A stretch of DNA of 64,000 bases from positions 1 to 64,000 of the forward strand of contig JBODTK010000135.1 of assembly GCA_050613775.1 (NCBI GenBank). Direction: 5' to 3'. Under the pieces are notes generated by a model. The model searched no databases. It was not told where the DNA came from and worked only from the letters and a program-made list of their open reading frames with translations. The translations under genes were made by a program, and so were the position numbers. Origin of the DNA: Neocallimastix sp. 'constans' (lineage: Eukaryota). Below, in pieces: positions 14,960 to 30,468 of this stretch (the stretch's first letter is position 1; each line of letters starts with the position of its first letter).

Positions 14960-15962
14960 GAATAATAATTAATTGAAGTTTTGTATTTTAAAGCTTAATA
15001 TCAATTTTTTCTTTAGTATATAAAAAAATATTAGTATTGAAAATAATTATACTAAAAAAAAAAAAAGAAATAATAAAATTATATAATATTTTTTATTATA
15101 TTATTAAAAAAAAAGTTTAAAGTCTATATTAAATCACAAATAAGACAAAATTATTATTATATATATGAAAGAAAAAAAAATAAAACTAAATTTTTTATAT
15201 AAATATTTCATTTAAATTTTTTTTTATATACTATAATTAATGTTTTTATTTTTACTTAATTATTAAATATTGTTGTAGTTATTTATTTATACTAAAATAA
15301 TAATTATTACTATTTAAATATTTTATTATATTATATATAAACAATCTTTAGAAATAAAACGATTTAATTTGAAAAATACTGATATTTATCTATTTAATTA
15401 TTATCTTATTTAAATTCAATTATTTATTTTTTTTAAAATATTTGGTAAAAAAATAAAAATTATAATAAAAGCATTTAATTATATTATATTAAAAAGTTAT
15501 TAATTGTTTTTATAATTTTAGTTTTTTTTTTACTAATATTTTTATGTATTATTTAATATAAAATTTGTTATAATAAGATTGTTATAAATTAAATAGGTCT
15601 ATTAAAAATAATTATATAGTATAAGTGATTAGTATTTTTATTTAAAAAACCATATATTAATATTATTTATAATTATATCTTCAATATCTTTTTTTTTTTT
15701 AATTTTTATAATTTTTATAATTTTAATTATTTTCAACATATTTTTATTTTAAATATCATAAATCTTCTTAATTTTTTATAATAAAATTTTATTAAAATTC
15801 TTTAAAAACTTCTTATTTTGGTTAGGATTTTAAGTTGTACAATTTATTATTTTTTTTAAAAAAAAAAAAAAAATTCCGTATTAATAATTAATTTAATGTA
15901 TTCTTAAAACTTTATATGTTATTAAAAAATAAAATAAATAAAATAAAATAATAATAACAATC

Positions 15963-15997
<35 letters not shown>

Positions 15998-17168
15998 AAA
16001 AAGGAATAACAATTAATTAAAGTTTTGTATTTTAAAGCTTAATATCAATTTTTTCTTTAGTATATAAAAAAATATTAGTATTGAAAATAATTATACTAAA
16101 AAAAAAAAAAAGAAATAATAAAATTAAATAATATTTTTTATTATATTATTAAAAAAAAAGTTTAAATATTTTATTATATTATATATAAAAAATCTTTAGA
16201 AATAAAACTATTTAATTTGAAAAATACTGATATTTATCTATTTAATTATAAGCTTATTTAAATTCAATTATTTATTTTTTTTAAAATATTTGGTAAAAAA
16301 ATAAAAATTATAATAAAAGCATTTAATTATATTATATTAAAAAGTTATTAATTGATTTTATAATTTTAGTTTTTTTTTACTAATATTTTTATGTATTATT
16401 TAATATTAAATTTGTTATAATAAGATTGTTATAAATTAAATAGGTCTATTAAAAATAATTATATAGTATAAGTGATTAGTATTTTTATTTAAAAAACCAT
16501 ATATTAATATTATTTATAATTATATCTTCAATATTTTTTTTTTAATTTTTATAATTTTAATAATTTTCACTTATTTTCAGCATATTTTTATTTTAAAAAA
16601 ATTTACCTTGATAAAAATTATTATTAATTTATATGAAAATCATGAAACTATAATTTTTATTAAAAAAATAAAATAATAATTATTAAATAAAAAAAAATAA
16701 TAAAATAAAATAAAAATAAAATAAGAAAAACTAAATAAAAATTAATCTTTTTTATTTCTATATTATTTTAAATTATAAAATTTTATTATATAGATATATA
16801 TATTTTTTATTAAATAAAAATAAATGCTATTTCTAAACATATGAAATGAGTTTATAATACATTTTATACATATATTAAATTGATAATCAATTTAAATAAT
16901 TATATTGAAAAATAAAAAAAAAAAAAAAAAATTAAAACATTAAAATATTAATGAAAAATGAATAAATTTTAATATTAATTATTGTTAAATAATTATTTAT
17001 TTTTTATTTAATTAATAATGTACAATTACTTTATTTATTTATAAATAAGTAATAATTAATTAATTATATAAATTTACACATAATTTAAATAAGTTAATAT
17101 TAAATAAATTTTTAATAAATTTTTAGGTATATGATATAATTATGTTTTTTTTTTTTTCTATATATTTA

Positions 17169-17646
17169 TTAGAATGTTGGAATGTTAATATCTAAATATA
17201 GAATATTATCCATTATTCCGTTACATAAGGTTTCATCTAATTTACCAATTTCTAAAACTTTATCTTGATTTCCGGTGTATAACCAGTAAAGAATAAGTGG
17301 AAATGTTTCGAGAGATGGAACTTCAATTTCAATAATTCCATTTTCATTATTATAGTTTCCCTCGTCGAAAAGTTTAAAGAATTGAAAAGATTGTAAAGAG
17401 AGATACATTGGATGAACCCAGAATTCTTGGAAGTTATCATTTCCAATTTCACAGACACGAAGAAGAATGACATCTTTAGTTTTCTTATTAATGATTTTAC
17501 CTCCAACTCTATGTAAATTTTGAATGAAATAATCATATGAAATCATCTCATCTTTAATTTGAATTCCTTCTTCCATTATATCTATGAATTTATTTCTTAA
17601 AATATCTTCACGATCAATTTTAATATGAATTTCTTCTGGTGTTCCT

Positions 17647-17708
<62 letters not shown>

Positions 17709-17842
17709 ATTTGATTTTTTATCCCCTCCTATAATTTCCAAAAATTCATCTCTTTCTTTGTAAAAGGAAAAGATGAAATAGATGTATGAGATGGAGAAGA
17801 TGGTGGAGATGGTAATTGAACAAAAGATTTAATAATAGACAT
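17169..17842 (-). pseudogene. BTB/POZ-like array copy B with one frameshift (or an intact gene with a sequencing error)
   Basis: ATG at 17842; the span of 674 nt is not a multiple of 3. There is a 1-nt loss near 17757 (ttctttgt vs ttcttctgt in copy A). The remainder is open to DINIPTF*. Confidence 0.75.
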
Positions 17843-18403
17843 TATTTTTTTTTTAAAAAATTTAAAAATATATTTGTTTAATTAAATATTTAATTTATAT
17901 AATTTTTATGAATTATTTAACAATTGTAAAATATTTGAATTTAACTTAAAAATTTAAATTTAAAAGAAAAAAAAAGTCATGAAAAGAAATTTACAGATAT
18001 TTATATGTGTTTTTTTTGAAAGTCAAAAAATTAATAATTTTAAGTTATAAATCTTTTCATTTGTTAAAATATAATTAAATAATAATTTTAATTAATTTTT
18101 AAAAAATTGTTTACATAGACATATAAATATTAATATTTATTTTAATATAAATTATTCTATCTATAAATTTGAGTAAATAAAAATTATTAATGATTTATAT
18201 TAAATTTTATTTATAATTTTTTATTATATATAAATATTTTTAATATTATTATACACTTTAAAAAAAAGACTGATTTATTTTAAAAAAAAAAAAAAAAATA
18301 TTATAAAATTTTTATTATTTTTTTAAATTTTTATTATTTTTTTTAATTTTTATTATTTTTTTTAATTTTTATTATTTTTTTTAATTTTTATTATTTTTTT
18401 TAA

Positions 18404-18504
<101 letters not shown>

Positions 18505-18905
18505 TTCAAGATAAATTAATACTATATATATATTCATATAATCTAGTGAATTATTAATAAAATTTCCATTTAATATATTAAAAATTAAAAAATAAAAAAA
18601 TTTAAATAAATAATAATTAATAATATAAGTGAATAGTTATATTAAAAAATAATCAATTAACATTTTGTATGATTAGCATTTCTATTTATTTAAAAATTAA
18701 AATTATTTATTAATATCATAAATCTTCTTATTTTTTTATAATAAAATCTTATTAAAATTCTTTAAAAACTTTTTATTTTGATTAGGATTTTAAGTTGTTC
18801 AATTTATTATTTTTTTTTTTAAAAAAAAAAAAAAAAAATTCCGTATTAATAATTAATTTAATGTATTCTTAAAACTTTATATGTTATTAAAAAATAAAAT
18901 AAAAT

Positions 18906-18979
<74 letters not shown>

Positions 18980-20342
18980 GAATAACAATTAATTAAAGTT
19001 TTGTATTTTAAAGCTAAATATCAATTTTTTCTTTAGTATATAAAAAAATATTAGTATTGTAAATAATTATACTAAAAAAAAAAGAAATAATAAAATTAAA
19101 TAATATTTTTTATTATATTAAAAAAAAAGTTTAAAGTCTATATTAAATCGCAAATAAGACAAAATTATTATTATATATATGAAAGAAAAAAAAATAAAAC
19201 TAAATTTTTTATATAAATATTTCATTTAAATTTTTCTTTATATACTATAATTAATATTTTAATTTTTACTTAATTAATTATTAAATATTGTTGTAGTTAT
19301 TTATTTATACTAAAATAATAATTATTACTATTTAAATATTTTATTATATTATATATAAAAAATCTTTAGAAATAAAACGATTTAATTCGAAAAATACTGA
19401 TATTTATCTATTTAATTATTAGCTTATTTAAATTCAATTATTTATTTTTTTTAAAATATTTGGTAAAAAAATAAAAATTATAATAAAAGCATTTAATTAT
19501 ATTATATTAAAAAGTTATTAATTGATTTTATAATTTTAGTTTTTTTTACTAATATTTTTATGTATTATTTAATATTAAATTTGTTATAATAAGATTGTTA
19601 TAAATTAAATAGGTCTATTAAAAATAATTATATAGTATAAGTGATTAGTATTTTTATTTAAAAAACCATATATTAATATTATTTATAATTATATCTTCAA
19701 TATTTTTTTTTTTTTTAATTTTTATAATTTTAATTTTCACTTATTTTCAGCATATTTTTATTTTAAAAAAATTTACCTTGATAAAAATTATTATTAATTT
19801 ATATGAAAATCATGAAACTATAATTTTTATTAAAAAAATAAAATAATAATTATTAAATAAAAAAAAATAATAAAATAAAATAAAAATAAAATAAGAAAAA
19901 CTAAATAAAAATTAATCTTTTTTATTTCTATATTATTTTAAATTATAAAATTTTATTATATAGATATATATATTTTTTATTAAATAAAAAAAAAGCTATT
20001 TCTAAACATATGAAATGAGTTTATAATACATTTTATACATATATTAAATTGATAATCAATTTAAATAATTATATTGAAAAATAAAAATAAAAAAAAAAAA
20101 AATTAAAACATTAAAATATTAATGAAAAATGAATAAATTTTAATATTAATTATTGTTAAATAATTATTTATTTTTTATTTAATTAATAATGTACAATTAC
20201 TTTATTAATTTATAAATAAGTAATAATTAATTAATTATATAAATATACACATAATTTAAATAAGTTAATATTAAATAAATTTTTAATAAATTTTTAGGTA
20301 TATGATATAATTATGTTTTTTTTTTTTTTTTCTATATATTTA

Positions 20343-20984
20343 TTAGAATGTTGGAATGTTAATATCTAAATATAGAATATTATCCATTATTCCGTTACAT
20401 AAGGTTTCATCTAATTTACCAATTTCTAAAACTTTATCTTGATTTCCGGTGTATAACCAGTAAAGAATAAGTGGAAATGTTTCGAGAGATGGAACTTCAA
20501 TTTCAATAATTCCATTTTCATTATTACAGTTTCCCTCGTCGAAAAGTTTAAAGAATTGAAAAGATTGTAAAGAGAGATACATTGGATGAACCCAGAATTC
20601 TTGGAAGTTATCATTTCCAATTTCATAGACCCGAAGAAGAATGGCATCTTTAGTTTTCTTATTAATGATTTTACCTCCAACTCTATGTAAATTTTGAATG
20701 AAATAATCATATGAAATCATCTTATCTTTAATTTGAATTCCTTCTTCCATTATATCTATGAATTTATTTCTTAAAATATCTTCACGATCAATTTCAATAT
20801 GTATTTCTTCTGGTGTTCCTATATCATTATTATTATTATTATTATTATTACTATTTGATTTTTTATCCTCTCCTATAATTTCCATAAATTCATTTCTTTC
20901 TTCGGTAAAAGGAAAAGATGAATTAGATGCAGTAGATGGAGAAGATGGTGGAGATGGTAATTGAACATAAGATTTCATAGACAT
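20343..20984 (-). CDS. BTB/POZ-like small protein, copy C, 213 aa
   Basis: Intact ORF. FWVHPMYLSLQSFQFFKLF...IEIEVPSLETFPLILYWLYTG matches the BTB pattern F-x-VH-x2-L-x3-S-x2-F-x2-LF...F-x2-IL-x2-LYTG. Confidence 0.85.
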   Translation of the reverse strand: MSMKSYVQLPSPPSSPSTASNSSFPFTEERNEFMEIIGEDKKSNSNNNNNNNNDIGTPEEIHIEIDREDILRNKFIDIMEEGIQIKDKMISYDYFIQNLHRVGGKIINKKTKDAILLRVYEIGNDNFQEFWVHPMYLSLQSFQFFKLFDEGNCNNENGIIEIEVPSLETFPLILYWLYTGNQDKVLEIGKLDETLCNGIMDNILYLDINIPTF

Positions 20985-22287
20985 TTTTATTATAAAATCT
21001 AAAATTTTTTTTTTAATTAAATAATTTAATTTATATAATTTTATGAATAATTTAAAAATTTGAGTTAATGTTTGATTTTATCTTAAAAATTTAAAATTGT
21101 TAAAAAATACTCATAAAAGGAAATGTACAGATATTTATATGTGCTTTTTTAAAAGTCAAAAAATTAATAATTTTAAGTTATAAATCTTTTTATATGTTAA
21201 AATATATTTAAATAACAATTTTAATTATTAGTTTTTTACAAAATTGTTTACATGAACATATAAATATTAATATTTATTTTAATATAAATTATTCTATTGA
21301 TAAATAATTTAAATTCTTATTATTTTTTAAAATTTCATTATTATTTTTAAATTTTTATTATTTTTTTAAATTCCTATTATTCCTATTATTTTTATTATTA
21401 TTATTATTCATAATAAATTAATATTATAATATATATTCATATAATCCAATGAATTATTAATAAAATTTCCATTTAGTATATTAAAAATTAAAAAATAAAA
21501 AATTTTAAATAAATAATAATTGTAATAATAATAATAATTTCAAGTGAATAGTTATATTAAAAAAAAAAACAATAAACATTTTGTATGATTGGCATATCTA
21601 ATTATTTAATGATTAAAATTATTTATTAATATATATTAATAATATAAATAATATATATATATTTTTTTAAATTATAATCTTTATAATTTTTTATAATAAA
21701 ATATTATTTAAACTTTTAAAATGTTCCATTATGGTCAGAATTTAAAGTTGTACAATTTTGTTTTTTTTTATTTATTTTTATTTTTTATAAAAAAAAAAAA
21801 AAAAAATTCCTTTTTTAATAATTAATTTAATGTATTCTTAAAACTTTATATACTATTAAAAAAAAATAATGAAGAACAATAAAGATAAAATTGATATTAA
21901 ACTTTTAAATACAAAACTTTAAATATATATAAATATATATATAATTTCTATTAAAAAACAAAAAAAAAAAAAAAAAGTGTTTAAACCTTAGGAATAAAAT
22001 ATACTTAATTAATATAAATATGATATATATCATAAAATATACAATTTTAATTTAATTTATTAATAAAAAATTTTTATACAAAAAAAAATAAACATACATA
22101 AAAAAATGAAAATCAAAACAAAAAAAACCAAAAAAAACCAAAAAAAAAAAAAAAAAAAATTAATAAATTATATATGTCTATATTAACATTTTATATTGAT
22201 TATGAATATATATAATATCACTAAATTTTGTTATATTTAGAAATGAATCCTTTCGGCTTTCAAAGCTAAATTTATATTTAACTCAAG

Positions 22288-22562
22288 AAATCCAAGGTAT
22301 TTATTTCTAAATTAAATATTGAATACTCATATAAATTTTCATTCAATTTATCAAGTTCTAAAATTTCATCGCCATCACCAATATATAACCAGTAAAGAAT
22401 CCATGAAAATTTCATTAAGAGATGAAACTTCAAATTCAATGATATTATCTTTCATCCTTACCATTACAGTTTACCTAATCAAAAAATTTAAAGAATTGGA
22501 AAGATTGTAAAGAGAGGTATATGGAATGAACCCAGAATTCTTGGAAGTTATCTTTTCCAACT
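22288..22562 (-). pseudogene. Degenerate BTB paralogue relic D (C-terminal half)
   Basis: tataaccagtaaagaat, gaaagattgtaaagagaggtat and gaacccagaattcttggaagttatc match copies B, C and G; many indels. Confidence 0.8.
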
Positions 22563-22969
22563 TATATCTATTTGAAAAATTCTAATATTAATATTCTAAT
22601 TCATATATATATATATATATTTGAATTATTAAATATTTTTAAATAATAAAAAAATATTTTTAAATTTTATAATACAAATTAAAAAATTGTTTATGTAAAC
22701 AAATTTATATTAATAATTATTTTAAATAGATGTTATTATAATTTTATTATATATATATATTTCTTTTAAATAAAAAAAAAAAAAAAAACATGTTATTTTT
22801 AAATATATTGTAAATTGAGTTTATAATAAAATTTCCATTTAAATTAAATTGATAATAAATGTAAATAATTATATTAATAAAAAAAAAAATAATAAGAAAT
22901 AATTTTTAAAACATATGAACTTTAATGAATAACGAAAATATAATAATATTTTTTCCATATATTTATATA

Positions 22970-23078
22970 TAAGATTGATGGAATGTTATATATAAATATA
23001 GAATATTATCCATTATTCCGTTAACATAAATGTTTTCATCTTAATTTAACAATTTCTAAAACTTTATTTGATTTCCTG

Positions 23079-23126
<48 letters not shown>

Positions 23127-23170
23127 GATATGAATTAAGCAATGGAAACTTTAATTTCAATAATACCTTT
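22970..23170 (-). pseudogene. Degenerate BTB paralogue relic E (3' end), interrupted by poly(A)
   Basis: aaatatagaatattatccattattccgtt and aatttctaaaactttat match the 3' end of copies B and C. Confidence 0.75.
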
Positions 23171-23434
23171 TTTTTTTTTTTTTTTTTTTTTTCATTATCA
23201 CAATTTTATTTATTAATAAAAAAAAAAAAACTAAAAATTATTTTTTTTTTAAACTAATATTTAATAATTTTTAAAAATATATTTAATAATAAACTTTAAC
23301 TTAGATTTATTCCTTCATTTTAAAAACTACTTTATTATTTTATAATATTTTTCATTTAATCTAAGTTAAAGTAGTTTTTAAAATAAAGGAATAAACTTAA
23401 ACAAAATATATTTAAGTATTGATTAATAATTTTT

Positions 23435-23465
<31 letters not shown>

Positions 23466-24062
23466 GGATTAAAAGTAAATGTATATTATTTTATATTAAT
23501 TTTAATTTTTAATAATTAATTCCAAAGATATTATATATGAATATATATATAAATATATTACTTTGTTTTTTAAGTCTATCTCTAGAAAAAAAAAAAAAAA
23601 AGGTTTAACGATTAAAATATATATATATATTGACATATAAAATATATAAAAAAAATATATATATATATATAATTTAATGAAGTTTTATTTTTAAAATATA
23701 TTAAAATATAAGAAAATAAAAAATGTCATTTAAAAAATAATTAATTAAATAAATAAAGAGATAATTATAAGCTTGATATGACTAATATATTTTACTTTTA
23801 TAAAAAATAACCAAAAAAAAATTTTTGTTATTAATATTAGTATTAATCGTTAAGTAGTAGTATATTATTAACTCAAAGATATTACTAAGTAAAGATTAAT
23901 TATTATTACATTAATATTAATATTAATTTATATTAATTTATTTTAAAAATTATATATTTATTATTATTATTCCTAAAATATATATATATATATATTTATG
24001 ATAAACTTCACTTTAATAAATAATCATTTTTTTTAATGATATATATACATATTCATATAAAT

Positions 24063-24112
<50 letters not shown>

Positions 24113-24487
24113 TAACACTAACATAATATATCTATTAATATTTTTAAAAAAAAATTTTTTTTTATATATATTTATTTTTATATTTTTTTTTTTTATTTTA
24201 CTTTATTTTATTTTTATAATTTTATTTTTATTGCATATAACTTATAATTAAATTAAAAAGTGTTTCAAAAAAGAAAAATAAATAAATAAATAAATAAATA
24301 AATAAATGCTTATTATTAACTACATAATTGTTTAATCTAAAAAAAAAAAAAAAAAATTCTTAATGGGTATAATTTTATATTCATTTAAATTTTAATGATA
24401 AAATAGTTGATATACCTAGGTATATATATTTCTATATTTCTATATATATAAATGGTTTTTTTTTTTATAATTTTTTTATATAATGAT

Positions 24488-25093
24488 TTAGAAAGAAGGA
24501 ATATTAATCTCTAAATATTGAATATTATCCATTATACCCTTACATAAAGTTTCATCTACTTTACCAATTTCTAAAACTTTATCTTGATCTCCAGTGTATA
24601 ACCAGTAAAGAATAACTGGAAATGTTTCAAGGGATGGAACTTCAATTTCAATGACGCCATCCTCTTTATTACGACTTACTTCATCAAAGAGTTTGTAAAA
24701 TTGGAAAGATTGTAAAGAGAGATACACTGGATGAACCCAAAATTCTTGGAAGGAATCATTACCAATTTGGTAGACGCGAAGAGGAATAGCATCTTTTGTT
24801 CTCTTATTAATAATTTTATTTCCAATATCATATAATTTTTGAATGAAGTAACCATATGGAGTGATTTCATCATCATTTTGAATACCTTCTTCGATTATAT
24901 TTATAAATTTTCTTCTTAAAATTTCATCTTTATCAATTTCAATATGAGTTTCTTCTGGAGTTCCTAAGATGGTTTCGATATTAATTAATTTTTTATTTTC
25001 TTTAGTAGATGTATTACATTCATTAATGGTTGCATTATTGAAAAATGGAGAAGATGGTGGAGATGGTAATTGAACAACTGATTGATTAGACAT
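24488..25093 (-). CDS. BTB/POZ-like small protein, copy F, 201 aa
   Basis: Intact ORF with QLPSPPSSP, FWVHPVYLSLQSFQFYKLF and FPVILYWLYTG; many substitutions relative to copy C are conservative. Confidence 0.85.
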   Translation of the reverse strand: MSNQSVVQLPSPPSSPFFNNATINECNTSTKENKKLINIETILGTPEETHIEIDKDEILRRKFINIIEEGIQNDDEITPYGYFIQKLYDIGNKIINKRTKDAIPLRVYQIGNDSFQEFWVHPVYLSLQSFQFYKLFDEVSRNKEDGVIEIEVPSLETFPVILYWLYTGDQDKVLEIGKVDETLCKGIMDNIQYLEINIPSF

Positions 25094-26482
25094 ATTTTAA
25101 TTTTTTTTTTTTTTTTAAATAAAATACTATTTAAACTATGTATATATTTTTTTATTTAATAAAGATTTTAGTAACTTTTAATTGTATTTAAATAATTTAA
25201 TATATATATATTATTATTATGATATTATTTTAAAAAAATTTTTTTAATGATTTAATTATGAAAATTAATCCAAATTAAAGAAAAAAGAAAAAATTCAAAG
25301 AAATTTTAAGATATTTATATAATTTTTATTTAAAAATAATTAAAACAATATAAAAATTTATTATTAGTATATAAAATATAAACATATAAATATTTACAAT
25401 TTTTTTTTTTTTGGTAATAATTTAAATTATAATTAAATAATATTAATTATTAAAAAAAATAAGATAATAATTAAGGATACTCATGTTATATTATAAATAT
25501 TATAAACTTAAAATATATCAAAATTAAAAAGTATAAACAATACAAATTAAAAATTGATTGAAATAAATAAATATTAATTTAAGATTGAATAAAATAATAA
25601 AATAAAATAAAAAAAAAATAAAATAAAAAAGTAAAAAACATTATTTCATATTAAAATTTAACAAATATAATTAATTAAATATTTTAAACAATATTTATTA
25701 TTATTGTTAAACTATTTTTTTTTTTTTTTTTTTTTTAATATAAGATCATATAATTTATAATTTATGATTATTATTTAAACTAATGATATAATGAATAAAC
25801 TAAAATAAATTAAAATAATATTTATTAACAAGAATGTCTATTCATTATATTATTATTTAGACTAATGATATAATGAATAAACTAAAATAAATTAAAATAA
25901 TATCTATGATCGAGAATGTCTATATAATTTAGATATCAATAACAATATCAGTAATAATAATAATAATAATAATACGGTAATCCTAAAAATTATAATACTA
26001 ATTATTTTAAATAGAAATTATAAATCCTAAAAAAAAAAAAAAAAAAAAAAAAAAAATAAATAAATAAATAAATAAATAAAAATATCATATGAAACCAAAA
26101 AAAAAAAAAAAAAAAAAAAAAGATAAAGAAAAATAATATTAATTTGAAATAAATATAATGAAAATAACGGTCATTCTTATTTAATTAATATCAGATAAAA
26201 AAAATAATAATAACTAAATAAAGTAAAATTCAAATACAAATAAATGAAAAAATAAAAATAAAAATGAAAAAATAAATATATATATATATATAACGGTAAA
26301 TTATTATTATTATTTATTAGTTAAAAAAAATATTTATAATTTTTTTTTTTTTTATTTAAGAATAATATAAAATGTGGATATTGAAAATGATTTTTCTTAC
26401 GATTTATTGAAAATAAGAATAAAATAAAATAAAATTCATTGTTTAAATCAAATAATTTAATTTAATTAATGTTAAGAAAAGA

Positions 26483-26546
<64 letters not shown>

Positions 26547-26899
26547 GGTTTCGTTATTATAATATTCCCTTTTCATCCTAAATTTTTGACAAATAATATA
26601 AATTAAAATTTTAATTTTATTACTTATAAAAATTTATTAATAAAAAAAATTTTTTTTTTTTTAATTCTTTTCTTTGTTTTATTCTATTCAATTTTCATTT
26701 TTATTTTTTTTTAAATAATATTTTTTTTAATTTTATTCTAAATAATATTTTTTTATTTTATTTTAAATAATATATATATTTTGTTTTATTTTAGATATTA
26801 TTTTTTTTTCTTTTATTTTAAATAATATTTTTTTTATTTGATAATTCTATTTAAATTACTTTTTAATTTGACTTTGTCATTTATTGCTTTATTATTATG

Positions 26900-26998
<99 letters not shown>

Positions 26999-27700
26999 TT
27001 ATTTTACATGACTTTATTTTGTTATCATTTTGTTATCATTTAATTTTTAATTTTTTTTTATTATTTAAGTTTTTTATTATATATATATAACTTTATTTTA
27101 TATAAATTTTGTTCTATTTTTTCCTAAAAATATTATTATTAAAATTATTATTGTTAAATTATTATTATTAAAATTATTTATAATTATTATTATTATTATC
27201 TGTACTATAATAATATTATTATTATTATCTGTACTATAGAAACATTATTATTATTATTATCAGTACTATAGTAATATTATTATTATTATTTCTTTATTAT
27301 GATTAATAATATTAATTTTAATTAATAAATGCTATTTTTAGATATTAATTATTATTATTATTACTAGTTTCTATTATTATCATTATTTTCTTTTATTTTA
27401 TTTTATATTAATAATAATTTATAATGAAAATAATACAATATTTTATTATTTGATTATTATTGTAATAATAATAATATTAGTACCAATATAATAATAGTAC
27501 CAAATATAATAATAAAAATTATTATAATTAATTTATATTAATTATAATAATTTAAAAAAAAAATATCCATATTATCAATATAATTATTAGTTGTTATATT
27601 TTTTTATTTATAGTAATAATAGTATATTATAATTTAAATAGTGTCTTTATGATTTATTCATTTTAATAATAATAATAATAATAATATTACTATACTACAG

Positions 27701-27749
<49 letters not shown>

Positions 27750-28528
27750 ATTAATTACCATAATTATTTTAAATAAAAGAAAATATTCTTTAAATTATTT
27801 GTTCATTTTTGGTCAATATATTAATTATTTGTAGTTATTATTTTTTTTTTTTTTAATTATTTTAAATAAAATATATATATATATATATATCCTTTTTATT
27901 TATTTGTTCATTTTGGTCAATATATTAATTATTTGTAGTTATATTTTTTTTTTATTTAAACTAATAATAGTTTGCAATATAATTAAAATAAATATTGTAT
28001 TTTTATAATTTCTTCTTTTTAATTATTATAACTAATATTTATTAACTTTTTATTATTAGTGATTCTCTTTATTTTTTAACAATTAATAATTATATAGAAT
28101 TTACACTGTTATTATTTATATTTTTATTATACTTTTATAGTTAATGATTAATTTCATCTATCGTTTTAGATAATATTAGTAAAAAAATTAAAATATAAAG
28201 TTGACAATAAAACCTTATTTAATATTAAGATAATTAAAATACAATTATAATAATATTTTTAATAAATATTCAAACATTAATAAAGTATTATATATTGAAA
28301 TTTAATTTTATTTATTTATTTATTTTCATTCAATAATTATATAATTAAAATTAATTACAAAAATAATTAAAACATATAACAAAACAATAATAATAACAAA
28401 AATAATAATAATGTAAGAGCTAAAATCATGAAAATATAATGGGTATAAATTTATATATACAATCCGATATTGATATTTAGGTATATTATAAGGGTATACA
28501 ATATATACAATATAAAAACATATATATT

Positions 28529-29116
28529 TTAATATATATATTTAGTTGGAATATTAATTTCTAAATATTGGATATTTTCAATAATACCCTTACATAAGGT
28601 TTCATCTAATTTACCAAATTCTAAAACTTTATCTTGATTTCCGGTGTATAACCAGTAAAGAATAATTGAAAATGTAGTGAGGGATGGAACTTCAATTTCA
28701 ATAATTCCTTTTTTATTATCAACGTTAATATCATTAAAAAGTTTAAAGAATTGGAAAGATTGTAAAGAGAGGTATATTGGATGAACCCAGAAATCTTTGA
28801 AATCATCCTTACCAATTTCATAAACACGAAGAGGAACAGCATCTTTAGTTCCTTTATTAATTATTTTATTTCCAATACAATATAATTTATGAAGGACGTA
28901 GCCATATGGAGTTATTTCACCATTAATTTGAATTCCTTCTTCTATCATATCCATGAATTTATTTCTTAAACAATTATCTTGATTTATTTCCATAAAGGTT
29001 TCAATTGAAGATCTTTTAAAATCATCAGAAATATTTAATTTTTCATTTTCATCCATATCACCATGGTATGGTGAAGATGGTGGAGATGGTAATTGAGAAA
29101 AAGACTGAGAAAACAT
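28529..29116 (-). CDS. BTB/POZ-like small protein, copy G, 195 aa
   Basis: Intact ORF with QLPSPPSSP, FWVHPIYLSLQSFQFFKLF and FSIILYWLYTG. Confidence 0.85.
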   Translation of the reverse strand: MFSQSFSQLPSPPSSPYHGDMDENEKLNISDDFKRSSIETFMEINQDNCLRNKFMDMIEEGIQINGEITPYGYVLHKLYCIGNKIINKGTKDAVPLRVYEIGKDDFKDFWVHPIYLSLQSFQFFKLFNDINVDNKKGIIEIEVPSLTTFSIILYWLYTGNQDKVLEFGKLDETLCKGIIENIQYLEINIPTKYIY

Positions 29117-29482
29117 TTTTTTTTTTTTGTATGATATTTTATTTTTTAAATATTTCTAATTTTATTATCTTAAAAATAATACAGTATATATAGATATAAA
29201 TTTTTAAAATTATATTTGTTGAAGAGTTTTTAAAAATTTTGATTATTAGTGATGTTTATAAATAAAATAAAATATAAATAAAAAAAAAAAATTACAGAAA
29301 TTTTAAAGATATTTATATAAAATAAATGATATTTAAATCACTTTAAATTAAAATATTTCCCTTCAAAACAAATGAAATTATTTAATTAAAACTTTATTAT
29401 GAGAATTTTTAATATTAATTTTGTGGTATTGTAGGAAAAATTTGTCAACATTTTATTAAAAAATGAGAAATTTTTTTCTCTT

Positions 29483-29518
<36 letters not shown>

Positions 29519-29857
29519 GTTATTAGATATCCTTTTTTTTTTTTTATAGGGAAAATATAAAACATTTCTTTCATAATAATAATATTGAATTTTAAATAAT
29601 ATTAATAAATAATAATTTAAATAAAAAAATTTAGTATTATTATCCTTTATAATTTATAACCTGAAAAGTCACAATCATATTAAAAATAATCTTATAATAC
29701 TAACAATACTAACAAAAAAAAAAAAAAATAATAATAATAGTAAATAATTAACAATAATTTATAATTAAAAATATTATTAATCAATAATGAAAAATAGTAA
29801 TAATTCATAGTTTATAATTTTAATTATTTTTAATTTGATTATTAAATTCTAGACTTT

Positions 29858-29892
<35 letters not shown>

Positions 29893-30433
29893 CCTAATTA
29901 AAATTGATAAAGGACAAATAGAAAAATCTATATTTTTGTTAAGTAAAAATGGTTAAAAATGATCTCAATAATATTATTTATTTCAATAATGAAAATTTCT
30001 ACTATTTACTATTGTTTTTATTATTTTTATTATTTAATTTTTTATTATTATTATTTTTTATTTTTTGGTTATTTATGAACTATTTATTATTATTATTATT
30101 AAATTATTGCTTATTGTTTTGTTATGTGGTTTGATAATTACTTATTATTATTATTCATTATTATTTTTATTTATTATTCATTATTATTATTCATTATTTT
30201 TAATTATTATTCATTATTATTCATTATCATTCATTATTATTTTTTATTTTTTATTATTATTATAAGATTATTTATTATTATTATAATATTATTTTTAATT
30301 TTTTTTTTTTTTTTGTAACTTTATTACTATGATATTCAAACTTTTAATGAAAATTAAATAAATACTATTAAGAAACAATTTAATCATAAATATTTACCAA
30401 TACCATTAACATCCCGTTTCAACTGTTTTAATG

Positions 30434-30468
<35 letters not shown>

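Noticed and set aside
27190..27730. About 40-bp inverted repeat around ctgtactata/tatactacag
   Set aside because: Mostly TAT/ATA microsatellite pairing; no TSD seen.
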